From NCBI RefSeq assembly GCF_006345805.1, contig NC_043000.1, positions 88,722,001 through 88,786,000 on the forward strand: a stretch of 64,000 nucleotides of DNA, in the 5' to 3' direction. The notes beneath the pieces were generated by a model. It saw nothing but the letters and a program-made list of their open reading frames with translations, ran no database searches and had not been told where the DNA came from. The DNA is from Octopus sinensis. Its lineage: Eukaryota. The stretch's first letter is position 1; every line of letters begins with the position of its first letter. Positions 13,815 through 25,706 of this stretch are shown one piece after another. A program made the position numbers and the translations under genes.

Positions 13815-13893
13815 CATACATACATACATACATACATACATACATACATACATACATACATACATACATACATACATACATACATACATACAT
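13815..13893. repeat. (TACA)n microsatellite
   Basis: Direct reading. Confidence 0.95.
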
Positions 13894-14302
13894 AGGGAGA
13901 TATGCATTTAAAGATATGTTATTAGTATAATGAATAGCTATATTTACCAGCATACAAAGTCTGACACCATGTTCATAAATAAAGACACTATTATTCCCAC
14001 CCCACAGAACTTTCCCTACTCTGATAATTTCAATCTGACTTTCTCTTTCGTGCTCTACTATATCTATAGAGCTCAGTATTTCCTTGATATTTTATTTATA
14101 TGTATATCAATGTAATAAATTTTCATTTTATTGAAATTTAATCGAAGGTAAAGTGGATCGATTACTTTGGTAGATATTGAATAGTTCACATTATTTTACT
14201 TAATCTGAATGTAAATAGTACTCTTGTTCGATTTTTCTCCTGGATTGATAACTAATCCTTCCTATTTAAGTGTATCTTAATACCTATTCGCTCGTAATAC
14301 TA

Positions 14303-14505
14303 AGGCGACGAGCTGGCAGAAACGTTAGCAAGCTGGGCTTAGCGGTATTTTGTCTGTCTTACGCTCTGAGTTCAAATTCCTCCGAGGTCAACTTATCCCT
14401 TCATCTTTTCTGGGACGATGAATTAAGTATCAGTTACGTACTGCGGTCGATCTAATCAACTGACTCCCTTCCCCAAACTTACGGGCCTTGTGCCTAGAGT
14501 AAAAC
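14303..14505 (+). mobile_element. tRNA-derived SINE (family A)
   Basis: AGGCGACGAGCTGGCAGAAACGTTAGCA...GAGTTCAAATTC. Confidence 0.8.
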
Positions 14506-15041
14506 AGAATATTTCTAATACTGAGGATGTAAATGCCGATAGATTATTACACAATAAAGAGGTGTCGGTGACTCTTAGTCTGTTATCAGCCATTTTTATC
14601 CACATTATACCGAACATTATATTTTTCCTGAATCAGTGCAGTTGCCATGTTGAAAATAATTGGATGGTACTAAATTGTAAATAATTATTGTAGGACCGGA
14701 GAAATACACATACACACCAGTTATAGTAGCATCGTAAGATTTCTAAGTTTCGTTATATTTCTAGAGTTGTAATCAAATTTCCCTAAGTTTATATCTTCTA
14801 GTGGGTTGGGTTGTGGCAATTTGATCTTCCCGAAATATACTGCAGAAAAGCTACGTTTTCCGTGATGCTTCAATAATCTTATGAGTTTTGGAATCCTCAG
14901 CAATCTGTCACCCGGTTTAATACCACCACATGGTAAAAGAATTCAGCCTAAGGATATCTCTCTTCCTCCTGAGTGTACAAGGCAAACAATTCTGAAATTA
15001 TTCCATTTCTCTCAATTGTTTATAAATTGTAATGGTGTCAG

Positions 15042-15110
<69 letters not shown>

Positions 15111-15236
15111 CTTATAAAATAAGGGCAAAAGAAAAATTCTAATGCCAAATATGCCGAAAATAGACAGATTGTCAATAACCATTATAATTTATGCGTCTCG
15201 AAGCACGTCGATAGAAATTTCTAAAAAATTCCGTCA

Positions 15237-15297
15237 TTACCGTATTGGTCCCAATTTCAGAGTTAATTCATAAGAATTTTCTCCTCGTCAGCGATAA
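15237..15297 (-). ncRNA. Type I hammerhead ribozyme in a PLE pLTR remnant (about 15110-15400)
   Basis: Minus strand: TTATCG-CTGACGA-GGAG(aaAATTCttatGAATTaa)CTCT-GAAA-TTGGgaCCAA-TA-CGGTAA; stems I, II and III all pair. Confidence 0.8.
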
Positions 15298-15511
15298 ATA
15301 CGAAAGACATAAATGAAATACTTATTCATACTCATGGAAAAAGCAAGCACTAAGTCCCGAGCAGACCTAAGTACCACAAATATATCCAAAATAGAAAATC
15401 TTCAGCACATCTCGAGACATGTGTGATTCGAACTAGAAACTTTCACAGATTGAAAGAGTCCGCAAGTGAACACTATTAAATTTACATCTAATGTAGGATA
15501 AAATTTTTTAG

Positions 15512-15596
<85 letters not shown>

Positions 15597-15934
15597 CGCG
15601 TGTGTGTGTGTGTGTGTGTATGTGTAGTAATGCCTTTAATATGTATTTAAAGGGAATAATTATAAAGTTTACCCTTATTTCATTTTCACGCTGACTCCTT
15701 GATAAATTATATAGATCTTATCCTGTAATTAATTTAAAATTTAACCGGAATATGTTCAGTACTGAATATATTCGGAATATCGGAATATACACGTGTACCG
15801 AGATGTAATTTGAAAAACTTGCCTTTTACATAGATATATAAGTGTGAACATTTCTATGTGTTATGTTGGATACATTTGGTGATCGTTTGGTATGTTTGGT
15901 ATGTTAGTTAATTTTTATGTGTCTTGATTATGCC

Positions 15935-15992
15935 TTCACTGACGATTAGAAAGTGGATTGTGTACACTAACTATGAAATCATATGATTTCCA
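15935..15992 (+). ncRNA. Partly decayed hammerhead motif
   Basis: CTGACGA...GAAA-TCATATGA (palindrome)-TT; stem I is poor. Confidence 0.45.
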
Positions 15993-16193
15993 GCAGAATC
16001 TGTTTTTAAAGGACGGCTTCCAAGTTGCATTTCCTCGCTGTCGGTACACTGTATATTTATTATGGTAGTTTTGACTTTAAGAGTCCTTCGTAGCGTGAGG
16101 AATTTACGAGTAGTAATGCCCTTAACATAATAGAATATATGTATACATATCAATAATATATATATATATGTGTGTGTATGTATGCTATAATAA

Positions 16194-16225
<32 letters not shown>

Positions 16226-16227
<2 letters not shown>

Positions 16228-16640
16228 TTTCGGTGTGAATGGCTTTATTATAGAGTGCCGTATTATACAATCCTCTAAATAATATTAATGGTATTTTTTA
16301 TATAAGCTTAAAGCTTATGCCATTCATCGTGCAAAGACTAAGGAAAAGAGACTAATAACAGGGCATATAAGCACTCGACGGAAAAAAGAAGGATTTCTCA
16401 TCTGCGTGGGACGTGAGCCCACATTCCTTTATTAACATGACTAAGCGTGGTACCCTTACACGCGGATGGGATAGCATTCCTTTTTCTGTCGCGGTCTTAT
16501 ATGTCCCGTTATTAGAATATTTTCCTTAGTCATTGCACGGTGAACGCCATGAATTTTAAGCTTATATAAAAATACCATTATTATTATTTACAGGATTGTA
16601 AAATACGGCGTTGTATAACAAAACCATTTACACCGAAAGC
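16226..16640. mobile_element. Foldback/MITE with about 165-bp imperfect TIRs, inserted in (TA)n
   Basis: GCTTTCGGTGTGAATGG...CCATTTACACCGAAAGC; arms are reverse complementary over about 165 bp. Confidence 0.85.
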
Positions 16641-16729
16641 ATATATATATTAGATATATATATATATATATAATATATATATATATAATATATATATACA
16701 TACATATATACATATACATATACATATAC

Positions 16730-16787
<58 letters not shown>

Positions 16788-16790
<3 letters not shown>

Positions 16791-17508
16791 TAGAAAACTT
16801 AGATATGTTTCGACCAGAGATTGGTCCAGGCCATGTCTAACTTAATAGCACCACCTGATAGGATTATTAGAATCCTGTTTAAGTCAAGTTTTGTTCAAGT
16901 AGTGGGTTCTTGTTGGGTGAGTTGTATCCAGTTTTGTTCAAGTGGTGAGTTCTTGTTGGGTGAGTTGTATCCAATTATGGGTGGCTTATTTGGTATTCTT
17001 TGAAGGAATCTATCCAGACTCTGTTTAAAGTTGACGGGATCCTTTTCCTCTTTGATCTCCCTCGGGACAATGTTAAATAGGACAGGGCCTGTTGAGGAAA
17101 AGAAATTATGTTGCAGTGTACATGTATGTTGTGATCTTGAATTTGGCAGTGGACGTATAGCCCGTGGTCCAAGTCTTGGATGAACCTTTGAAGCTAATGT
17201 TTAGGTCGTTTGGGCAAAGTTGGCGGTATATTTTCCACATCGTACAAATGATGTACCGCTCACGGCGACGCTGGAGGGAGTAAAGTTTCAAGGCTTTAAG
17301 GCGATCCCAATAATCGAGAGCAGCCATGCCTTCAATTTGTTTAGTGAGAGCCCTCTGGGGTGACTCAATTCTGGAGATGTTTTGTCTTGTGTGAGGAGAC
17401 CACAGTGGGCAGCAGTATTCAAGGTGTGGCCGTACAAAGGAGGAAGAAAGTGGTATGATGACACCTTGTTCTCTGGACCGGAAAGTTCTTAAGATCCAGG
17501 AACTCATC
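16788..17508 (-). mobile_element. 5'-truncated CR1-clade LINE
   Basis: WILRTF...FVRPHLEYCCPLWSPH...RIESPQR...YWDRLKALKLYSLQRRRERY; short-repeat 3' tail (ctaagttt). Confidence 0.85.
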
Positions 17509-17591
17509 CTATATATACATACATATATATACACACAAACACTCACACAGATATTTTCAGTTTTAACATGTAAGATATACATATCAATAAT

Positions 17592-17624
<33 letters not shown>

Positions 17625-17774
17625 TATATATAATATATATATATATATAATATATAAATTATATATATATATTTTATATCTTTTAATATACACCATAATA
17701 TATTTTCATTTATTTTCATTGTATACCACTCAAATCATAATTTTGAATATAGTTATGCTGTGTCATTGGACGAG

Positions 17775-17809
<35 letters not shown>

Positions 17810-17865
17810 TCACACACAGGTACACACACACACAGGTACACACACACACACATACACACACACAC

Positions 17866-17919
<54 letters not shown>

Positions 17920-18189
17920 TATATTATATTTTACTTCTAGTGATAAATGTTTTATATGCCATGTATATCACGTAATTACCTTCGTATAGAGAGAACGGTT
18001 CTGAAACATTTTTCACTTGTATTTTCAAACAGCTGTTAGCCGCACCAGTTATAGTTGATACAGAACTAGACTCAAAACTACCTTAACATGTTTTTTATCC
18101 TTCATTTATCGTGCATATCCGAATATGTCATGTGACACTCAAACTATCTAGTCTTCTGTAACAATATAATATCCTTCTGATGTATTCTT

Positions 18190-18306
18190 TCCGCACTGAG
18201 GAGGATAGTACTATATATTTACTTTAATTATAATTAAATTAATTTCTAATTTCTTCCATGTTATTTACATGTTAATATTACCGTTCGAAACGATCGTATG
18301 CATGGA
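18190..18306 (+). ncRNA. Type I hammerhead ribozyme with a long stem II insert
   Basis: TCC-GCA-CTGAGGA-GGA...TTC-GAAA-CGATCG-TA-TGC-atGGA; palindromic stem III; ATTAAA and (TA)n downstream. Confidence 0.75.
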
Positions 18307-18437
18307 TTAAATTATTTTTAATGTTTAACATCTTCTCTTTTCCATCTTTAATTAATTGTTTGTTGGGATTCTATAGGATGCGTGTTCTTTAAATACTCAT
18401 AACACAGCTTATAGCTATGTATGTATATATATATATG

Positions 18438-18519
<82 letters not shown>

Positions 18520-18596
18520 GTATGTATATATTTGTATGTATATATATATATATGTATCTATATATGTATATATATATATATGTATATACATATATG

Positions 18597-18642
<46 letters not shown>

Positions 18643-20099
18643 ATGCATATATAACTAATTTAGAGACGAACCACCATTCCACAACTCAGTCAATAAAGAA
18701 CCCGTCCAAAACCATTCTGTGAGACATACCATACAAAATACTAATTTAAAATTTTAATACTATATCATATTGAACAGTAAGGTTATTACAATCATATAAT
18801 ATATAAGAGCAAATACTTTTAAAATCACAGCGAATACCATACAAAGAAACATTCATCATAAAAATATCAATTTAAAATCAAATAAAGTATAAATTGAACA
18901 ATAAGTTTAACTCACCTCATAATATAATAAGGAATAAAAAAATATATACAAAGAAACAAAACCTGTAATGTAATCCCTAAGTTAAAGCCATTAATATTAT
19001 TAAAAGTTACGAATTAAAAATTCAAATACAGTATTATTGTGAACATGATTAATTCATTATGGAGGATGTAAATAAATGTAGATACGTGTTAGTGTATAAA
19101 GTTAATAAAAGACGTATGTCGATATTGTTTAGAATAAATTTTAAAAACATCACTTATCTGCCGGCGAATTACTTCAATAAATAATATGTTAGGTAGACCT
19201 TATTTCTCGATAATTTCGTTTTTAGTATGGTAAATATAATAAGTATTTATCTCTGAGTAATGGACGCCATATTTAACACGTGACTTTTCAGTATAAATGC
19301 TAAAGTACACTTATTTTGGTTTAATCTACAGTAATTTGCCGACAGATAAATCATGTTTTCAAAATTTATTCTAAACAATATCGACATACGTCTTTTATTA
19401 ACTTTATACACTAACACGTATTTACATTTATTTATATTCTCCATAATGAATTAATCATGTTCACAATTTTTTAATTCGTAACTTTTAATTATAATATTAA
19501 TGTCTTTAACTTAGGGATTACATTACAGGTTTTGTTTCTTTATATATATATATATATATATATATTTATTTATTTATTCCTTATTATTTTCTTATTATTT
19601 TATTATATTGTTTTTTTTTATTCCTTATCATATTATGAGGTGAGTTTTATCTTTTAGGTTTTTTTTAGGAATTTGAACTGAAGAGTGAATGTTTTGGGGA
19701 GTAAAATCATCTTTCCGTTCTAATGAACTTGGATATGGTTTCTTATATGATTTTATATAGTCCTAATTCAGCCATGAAACGTGCGTAGTCAATGTACAAG
19801 TACTAACTTTTATACATTATATTATTGTATTAATTTTTATTGTTCAATTTATACTTTATTTGATTTTAGATTAATATTTTTATTATGAATATTTCTTTGT
19901 ATGGTATTCGCTGTGATTTTAAAAGTAGTTGCTCTTATATATTATATGATTGTAATAACCTTACTGTTCAATATGATATATGATTAAAATTTTAGCTTAG
20001 TATTTTGTATGGTATATGTCTCACATAATGGTTTTTGACTGGTTCTTCATTGACTGAGTTGTGGAATGGTGGATCGTTTCTAAATTAGTTATATGCATA
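18643..20099. repeat. Large imperfect inverted repeat (arms about 18643-19173 and 19330-20099), PLE pLTR-like
   Basis: ataactaatttagagacgaaccaccattccacaactcagtcaat versus attgactgagttgtggaatggtggatcgtttctaaattagttat, continuing over about 500 bp. Confidence 0.9.
19673..19792 (+). ncRNA. Near-canonical type I hammerhead
   Basis: TTGAa-CTGAAGA-GTG...CAT-GAAA-CGTGCG-TA-gTCAA. Confidence 0.65.
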
Positions 20100-20181
20100 T
20101 ATTATATATCATATATTACGAAATTCTGTCTAATATTATTATACTGAATTTTACCTGTAAGGTTGGAATAATAATTATTCC

Positions 20182-20296
<115 letters not shown>

Positions 20297-20495
20297 TATA
20301 TATATAACAGACTGGATTGCATTGCCTATGATCAATCCATTGTCGGAAGAAAGCATCAGTGTATTGACTCCACCAGATATGGTCTGATGTGGAGGCCAGG
20401 AATTTGAGCTTCAGATCATACTGCTTTTATGAACCTACTCTACTATACTGTATCGACACGAGTTGGCAGGGTGTGAGGTTTTTATACTTTTTATA

Positions 20496-20544
<49 letters not shown>

Positions 20545-21452
20545 ACACTTCTACACTCAATATGCTATTCTTATTTCGGAAAAGACTCGGCATTTTATAT
20601 TAATACATTTGTTGATTTTATAGTATTATAACACTCCATCATACATCCGTATATTTTTTCATATAGATTTAATATGATTATCTATGAATTTAATGGCGGG
20701 TGGCAGTTGTCCGCAGCTCGACATTTTTGAGACTTAAGTTGTCTGATCAACTTAAATTTATGCTCTAGTGGCTGAATATTCCAGTGACATGTGTACTCTT
20801 AACGTTACTTCTGAAAAGAATCAGCGGGATGCAACGTGCGACAATGAAGAACATGTGAAATTTCAGGTAAATCCAGCCACTGAAAATAGGTTGAACAGAG
20901 GTTATAGAAAATGAAGCGAACGTCTTAACTATTTGGATACAGCGTGCCTACAGACAGTAAGAAAAGACCATTGTAACTCTACTTTTAGTCAGATGGCTTG
21001 ACTTAGAATATTAATGGTGCAATGGTAGATTATAATATGAGATAATATAAATGATATAGGTTCAAGGGAAGTCTTGACTGATATAATACACCGTGTATAA
21101 CTTGTTCTGAAAATGGCTATGATGTCTGTGTCCATTAGATATATATGACAGCAGTATTATGTTGCACTAAATTTGAAACACTAACACTCTCAACAATATA
21201 ACACATTTATGTATACATACGTCATTAAGTATTTATGTGTGTACGTGTGAGTGTGTGCGTGTGTGTATATGCGCGCGCTCGAAGTCGAAATGTTATTTCG
21301 TCAGTTTGTAAGCCAACTGAAATATATTGGGTTTCCAACACAATTTTAAAGATTTTTTTCTGTTTTTTTTCCGTTTCTATGATTCAGCAGTTTTACACAT
21401 CGATTGTTTTTCTTTTTATATTGTATATCAGTAAAATCTTCACAGAATATAT

Positions 21453-21496
<44 letters not shown>

Positions 21497-21671
21497 CGCA
21501 CACATGTATGTGCATATATATGTGTGTGTGTGTGTAAGTTTACGCATTAAGGTTGTGTGTGTATGTGCTTGTCTGTCTGGGTGCGTGTAGATCTGCTGAC
21601 ACATTCTACATTTATACACGTACAGACACAAATACATAGGTTGACATACATACTTATATATATATATATAT

Positions 21672-22499
21672 TATGTGAAATAGAAAGATGAATAATCTTG
21701 TTGCAGATTAATCAAAAGTTTAACCGATACCTTGGTAGCAAAAATCACAGCAGAAGACAGCACGGTTGGAGGTACAACCATATGGTGTTGCAACCGTGCG
21801 TTGGTGCGGATAATTGAATATTAATATTATTAGTGAATTGAAGAAATGGAGTTGAACGAAGATTGAACAGAAATCGTTTTATTTCATTCTACACGTGTTT
21901 CGAAAGGCACAATTTACCAAATTCCGATTGAATAATGAGACCATATTGTGTCTTTCTCTTCAGGAAGAAATAGGAAATCCGTTGGAAAAAACAAAAACAG
22001 AACAGAGGCGGAGCAAAACAAATCGAACGAGGCTCCTCAGAGCCCATGGCCAAACTGTTTATCAGTGTGTGTTGAAAACGGGTGGTGGGTGCGTTGAAGG
22101 TTTTAACGGGTCAGGCAGCGGTCATTCCGGTGGGTGAGGGCACGGGGTGCGTAGATGTTCTTTGTGACCGAGAGTAAGGTTCTGACTATTTAAAGAATAT
22201 TAGGTGTATTATATGGGGCGAGTCAAAATCTACTTAGAGACATGTGTGTGTGTGCTGTTCTATATATGTGTGCGGGCGCAAGTTGGTAAGAAGCGCTACA
22301 TTCTGGTCACTGCTGAGAAATCCGTCAAGGGGTAGAAAATATTTTATGTGTACGTGTGTGCGTTTGATCGCGCGGCTGTCAGTTGGTAAACAGCTCTACA
22401 CAATGGTCACTGCTGTAAAATCCGTCGGGCGGCAGAAAAATATTTTATGTGTAAATTCAAGTAAATTCATTTAAATTAACTTGAATCTTTATTGCTTTT
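21672..22499 (-). mobile_element. PLE 3'UTR/pLTR remnant between (TA)n tracts
   Basis: Contains a canonical hammerhead plus AATAAA and an internal imperfect direct repeat (about 22283-22352 / 22383-22453). Confidence 0.6.
21880..21972 (-). ncRNA. Canonical type I hammerhead ribozyme
   Basis: Minus strand: TATTTC-TTC-CTGAAGA-GAAAGACACAAT...ATTGTGCCTTTC-GAAA-CACGTG-TA-GAA-t-GAAATA; 12-bp stem II with one mismatch, palindromic stem III, GUA cleavage triplet. Confidence 0.88.
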
Positions 22500-22521
22500 T
22501 ATATATATATATATATATATA

Positions 22522-22911
22522 TAAAAGGAAATGAAGAAAATGCTGACAAATAATTGAAGTAATTTAAGTAATTTAATTAGGTGAAAGTTCTTTTTACCGT
22601 TTGCGCATTTGTTATGCTTATCAAAATATAAAAGAGAGATTAGAGTTCCTTTCTTATAGAATTTTTCCTCTTATCTGACTTTATGTTGGGTTTGCTGTCT
22701 CTTATATGTGAAAAAAAGAGGCTCCAGAGTTGTTTTGGATTTGCTTGGTTTCGCGCCTAAAATTTTGATTGGTCATTATGAAGGGGTCACGTGAATGTTT
22801 GAATGGAAGTTGGTGTTGGGGAAAGAAAAAAGGCTCCAGAGAAGTTAAAATTTGGCTAGTGTCCCGCCTAAAATTTCTTATTGGCCATAATAAAGAGGTC
22901 ACGTGAATGTT
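22522..22911 (-). repeat. 3' pseudo-LTR including a 112-bp internal tandem repeat
   Basis: Matches 27026-27234 (direct) and 27253-27525 (inverted). Confidence 0.9.
22749..22906 (-). promoter_or_regulatory. Putative pLTR promoter: E2F-like TTTCGCGC, CCAAT boxes, TCACGTGA E-boxes
   Basis: TTTCGCGC 22749-22756; ATTGG 22768 and 22880; TCACGTGA 22787 and 22899; TATA-like CATATAAG downstream on the minus strand. Confidence 0.4.
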
Positions 22912-23390
22912 TAGAATTTTCGAAAATAGTGTTGTTGAAAATTCTTATTGTTCAGGCTGGTCAGTAGACGTCATGTGGATATTTTAAATAGCTTTTTAGC
23001 CCGTAGTTAGGGAGTGTATTTTCCGCTTGACTGGATAAGTAAGTTCGTTTAGAAAAGGGAGAGCTGTATGTATGTATGTGTGTGCGCGCGCGCGCGTGTG
23101 TGTGTTTATATGTATGTTGGGGCGCGCGCGCGTGTATATATGTGTGCGTGTGTGGGTACAATTTTCAATATTTATAGTTCTGCTGGCCTTGTGCCTGTAT
23201 CGGGAAGCAACGTATTTGTGTGAAGTCAATATTTACAGCCATTTCCAAAAAATAGTGTTGGATGTTTTGCACCCGTATTCAATTATGTGTATGTGTGGAA
23301 CCATATATTTGTGTGTGTCATGGTGTTAATATCTGGGTAAAGGTGTGTGTAGGGTGTGTGCAGGTGTAAGTGTGTTGTTGTGGGTTCGTG

Positions 23391-24063
23391 TTAGGGGCAT
23401 GTGTTTAGAAGTGGTCTGTATTTATTAATAAGGTGGGATTCCATGGTTATTCGCTGGGTATGAGTGGCATTGTCTTTAAATTTGTAGAGGGGAAAGATTC
23501 TAAAATTGGGATGGAGTTGTGCGGCACAGGTATCAATATGTGCACTAAATGCTATTTTTCTATATTCCTGTATTTTTATTTGGGATCTGTGGACAGTCAT
23601 GCGTTGGCGGAGGCTATTTTTTGTTTGGCCTATGTAGTGTTCATTGCAGCCCGAGCAAGTTAAGACATATACTAGGTTTTCTGATGCGCATGTGAAGTTG
23701 TGTTTTACTGTGAAACGTTGTCCTTGTTTAAAAAGGAATTCCGGACCTTCTATTAGGTTGATGCATATACCACAGTTGGGTCTATTGCATTTGTTTACTG
23801 TGGGTTTAGTTGTTGTGGTTGGCAGTACTTTGGCATTTGTTAGGATGGTTTTCAATGATTTGGGTTGCCTTTTGCTCTTTATGATTTCGTGTGTTAGGAG
23901 GATTTGGTTCATTCTATGGTCCTTTTGTAATACAGGAATGTTCTGGAGGATGGTGTCAAAAGCTTCATTGTTGAGGGGGTTGTGTGTAGAGATGTATGGT
24001 AGAGTATGGGGTTTCGATGTAACAGGTTTAGGGCGTCTAAGTTCCTGCGTGCTGAGTTTTAGG
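23391..24063 (-). pseudogene. PLE pol C-terminus: Cys linker and GIY-YIG endonuclease (frameshifted from RT near 24063)
   Basis: CNRPNCGIC, FTC, VYVLTCSGCNEHYIGQT, LRQRMTVH, ESHLI...LLN. Confidence 0.92.
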
Positions 24064-25706
24064 GCGCGTTGTCAATTAGTGACGTGGGGTAATCCCTGCT
24101 TGTTAATGTGCCCTTGAGTTCTTGTAGACGTAAGAGACGGGTGTTTTTATTGGAGACTATAGTGCAAATTCTCTTGGCTAAGTTGTAGGGAATGTTAATT
24201 TTAACGTGTCTAGGGTGGCATGAATTGAAAGGGAGGTATTGCTTGGAGTCTGTGGGCTTGTAGTATATGTCTGTTTCTATTTTTTTGTTGTGAATTTTAA
24301 TGAGGATGTCGAGGAAGGGAATTTGTTGAGGGCTGTATTCCATTGTGAAAATAATGTTTGTGTTGAGCCCATTTATAAGAGTGTGAAATTCGTTAAGCTT
24401 CTCGACGGTTTCGGGCCAAAGGATGAAGCAGTCATCAAGATATCTCTTCCAGTTCTTCTCTATGTGTGTGTGGAGAGTGGTGCCAAATTGGTTAAGAACG
24501 TTATTATAGAGGGTGATTTCCAGGTATCCCATGACTAAGTTGGCGTAAGTGGGAGCTGTTTTCGTTCCCATTGCCGTCCCTGATTTCTGTCTGTAGAATT
24601 TGTTGTTGAAGGTGAAGAAATTATTCTCTAAGATGAATTTGAGTCCTTCTAAAATAAATTCCTTTTTGATGCGGTGTGGGAGTTCGTTGGAGTAATTATC
24701 CAGCCAGAATTGGATAGCTTCTATTCCTAGGTTGTGGGGGATGTTGGAGTAAAGATTGACTACATCGAATGTTACTAGCAGGGTTTGTTCAGCAAGAAGT
24801 GTATTGGGGAGGTGGTTGAGCATATCTAGATCGTCCCTTATGTAGCTTTTAATGTGTTTGAGGAACGGCTTGAGAAGGGTATCAATGAAGTTGCTAAGGC
24901 GGTGGGTTTCGCAAGCGGGACCTGCTATTATAGGTCTCAATTTGAGGTCATTTGGTGAGGGGACATTGATTACAGAGTTTGTGGCTTCCTTGCATGCCTT
25001 ACTTATTAATTCGCTTTTATGAATTTTGGGAATACCGTAGAAGAGGCTGGTTTTACTAGTGAAATTTGTGATGAAGTTGAATTCTTTGTTAGTGAGTTCT
25101 TCTTTGTGGGGGTTGATCAGGGTTTTTAAGTTTCTCATAATTTTCTGTTGATTGTAGTGTTCAGCCTTTTCGTAATATGTTCCATTTTCCAAGGTGGAGA
25201 GTGCTAAGTTGATATAGTATTCTGTCTCCATTAAGACTACTGCACTTCCTTTATCGGCCTCTTTAATGGTGATAGATCTTTCATTTTTTAATTTGTTTAA
25301 TTCTTCCCACTCTTTCTTGTTGAGGTTTGGTTTGGGTTTTGGTTTGTGTAAGTGTTGGTAGGGGAAGTTTGTAATGTGCTCACAGAATTCGTCTAGGATT
25401 TTATTTCTACCTTTTCGTGGGGTGTAGTTGCTTTTATTTCTAGCTAGTGACTCATCCTCATTGTGCTGGTCGAATAGTTCCTCACTAAGTCGCAATTTTC
25501 TACAAAATTCTGTAATGTCTTCCTTCATTTCGTAGTAGTTTGGACGTGGGGGGGGTTGGTGTGAATTTCAGACCTTTGGAGAGTAAGTTGAGAAGGTTGG
25601 GGTTGGGTTCTGTATTGGTTAAATTGATGACTTTAATTAGTTTATGTTTCTCTTCCCTGTCCTGTGTTATTTTGTTTGCCTGTATCTGTGTGCTGTGTCT
25701 AAAAAA
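24059..25706 (-). pseudogene. PLE reverse transcriptase (pol), with a 1-nt frameshift in the C8 run at 25548-25555
   Basis: VINLT..LLSKGLKFTPTP, IKEADKGSAVV, FYGIPKIHK, LRPIIAG, FDVVNLYSNI, GTAMGTKTAPTYANL, RYLDD, FLDILI, YYKPTD..YL.F.SCHP. Confidence 0.95.

Noticed and set aside
14721-14991. Minus-strand frame with one in-frame TGA (ISLG*ILLPCGG), considered as a selenoprotein exon
   Set aside because: No match to a selenoprotein motif I know and no SECIS seen; likely chance
25548-25555. C8 run as a second programmed frameshift in pol
   Set aside because: A one-base homopolymer expansion (mutation or sequencing error) explains it more simply
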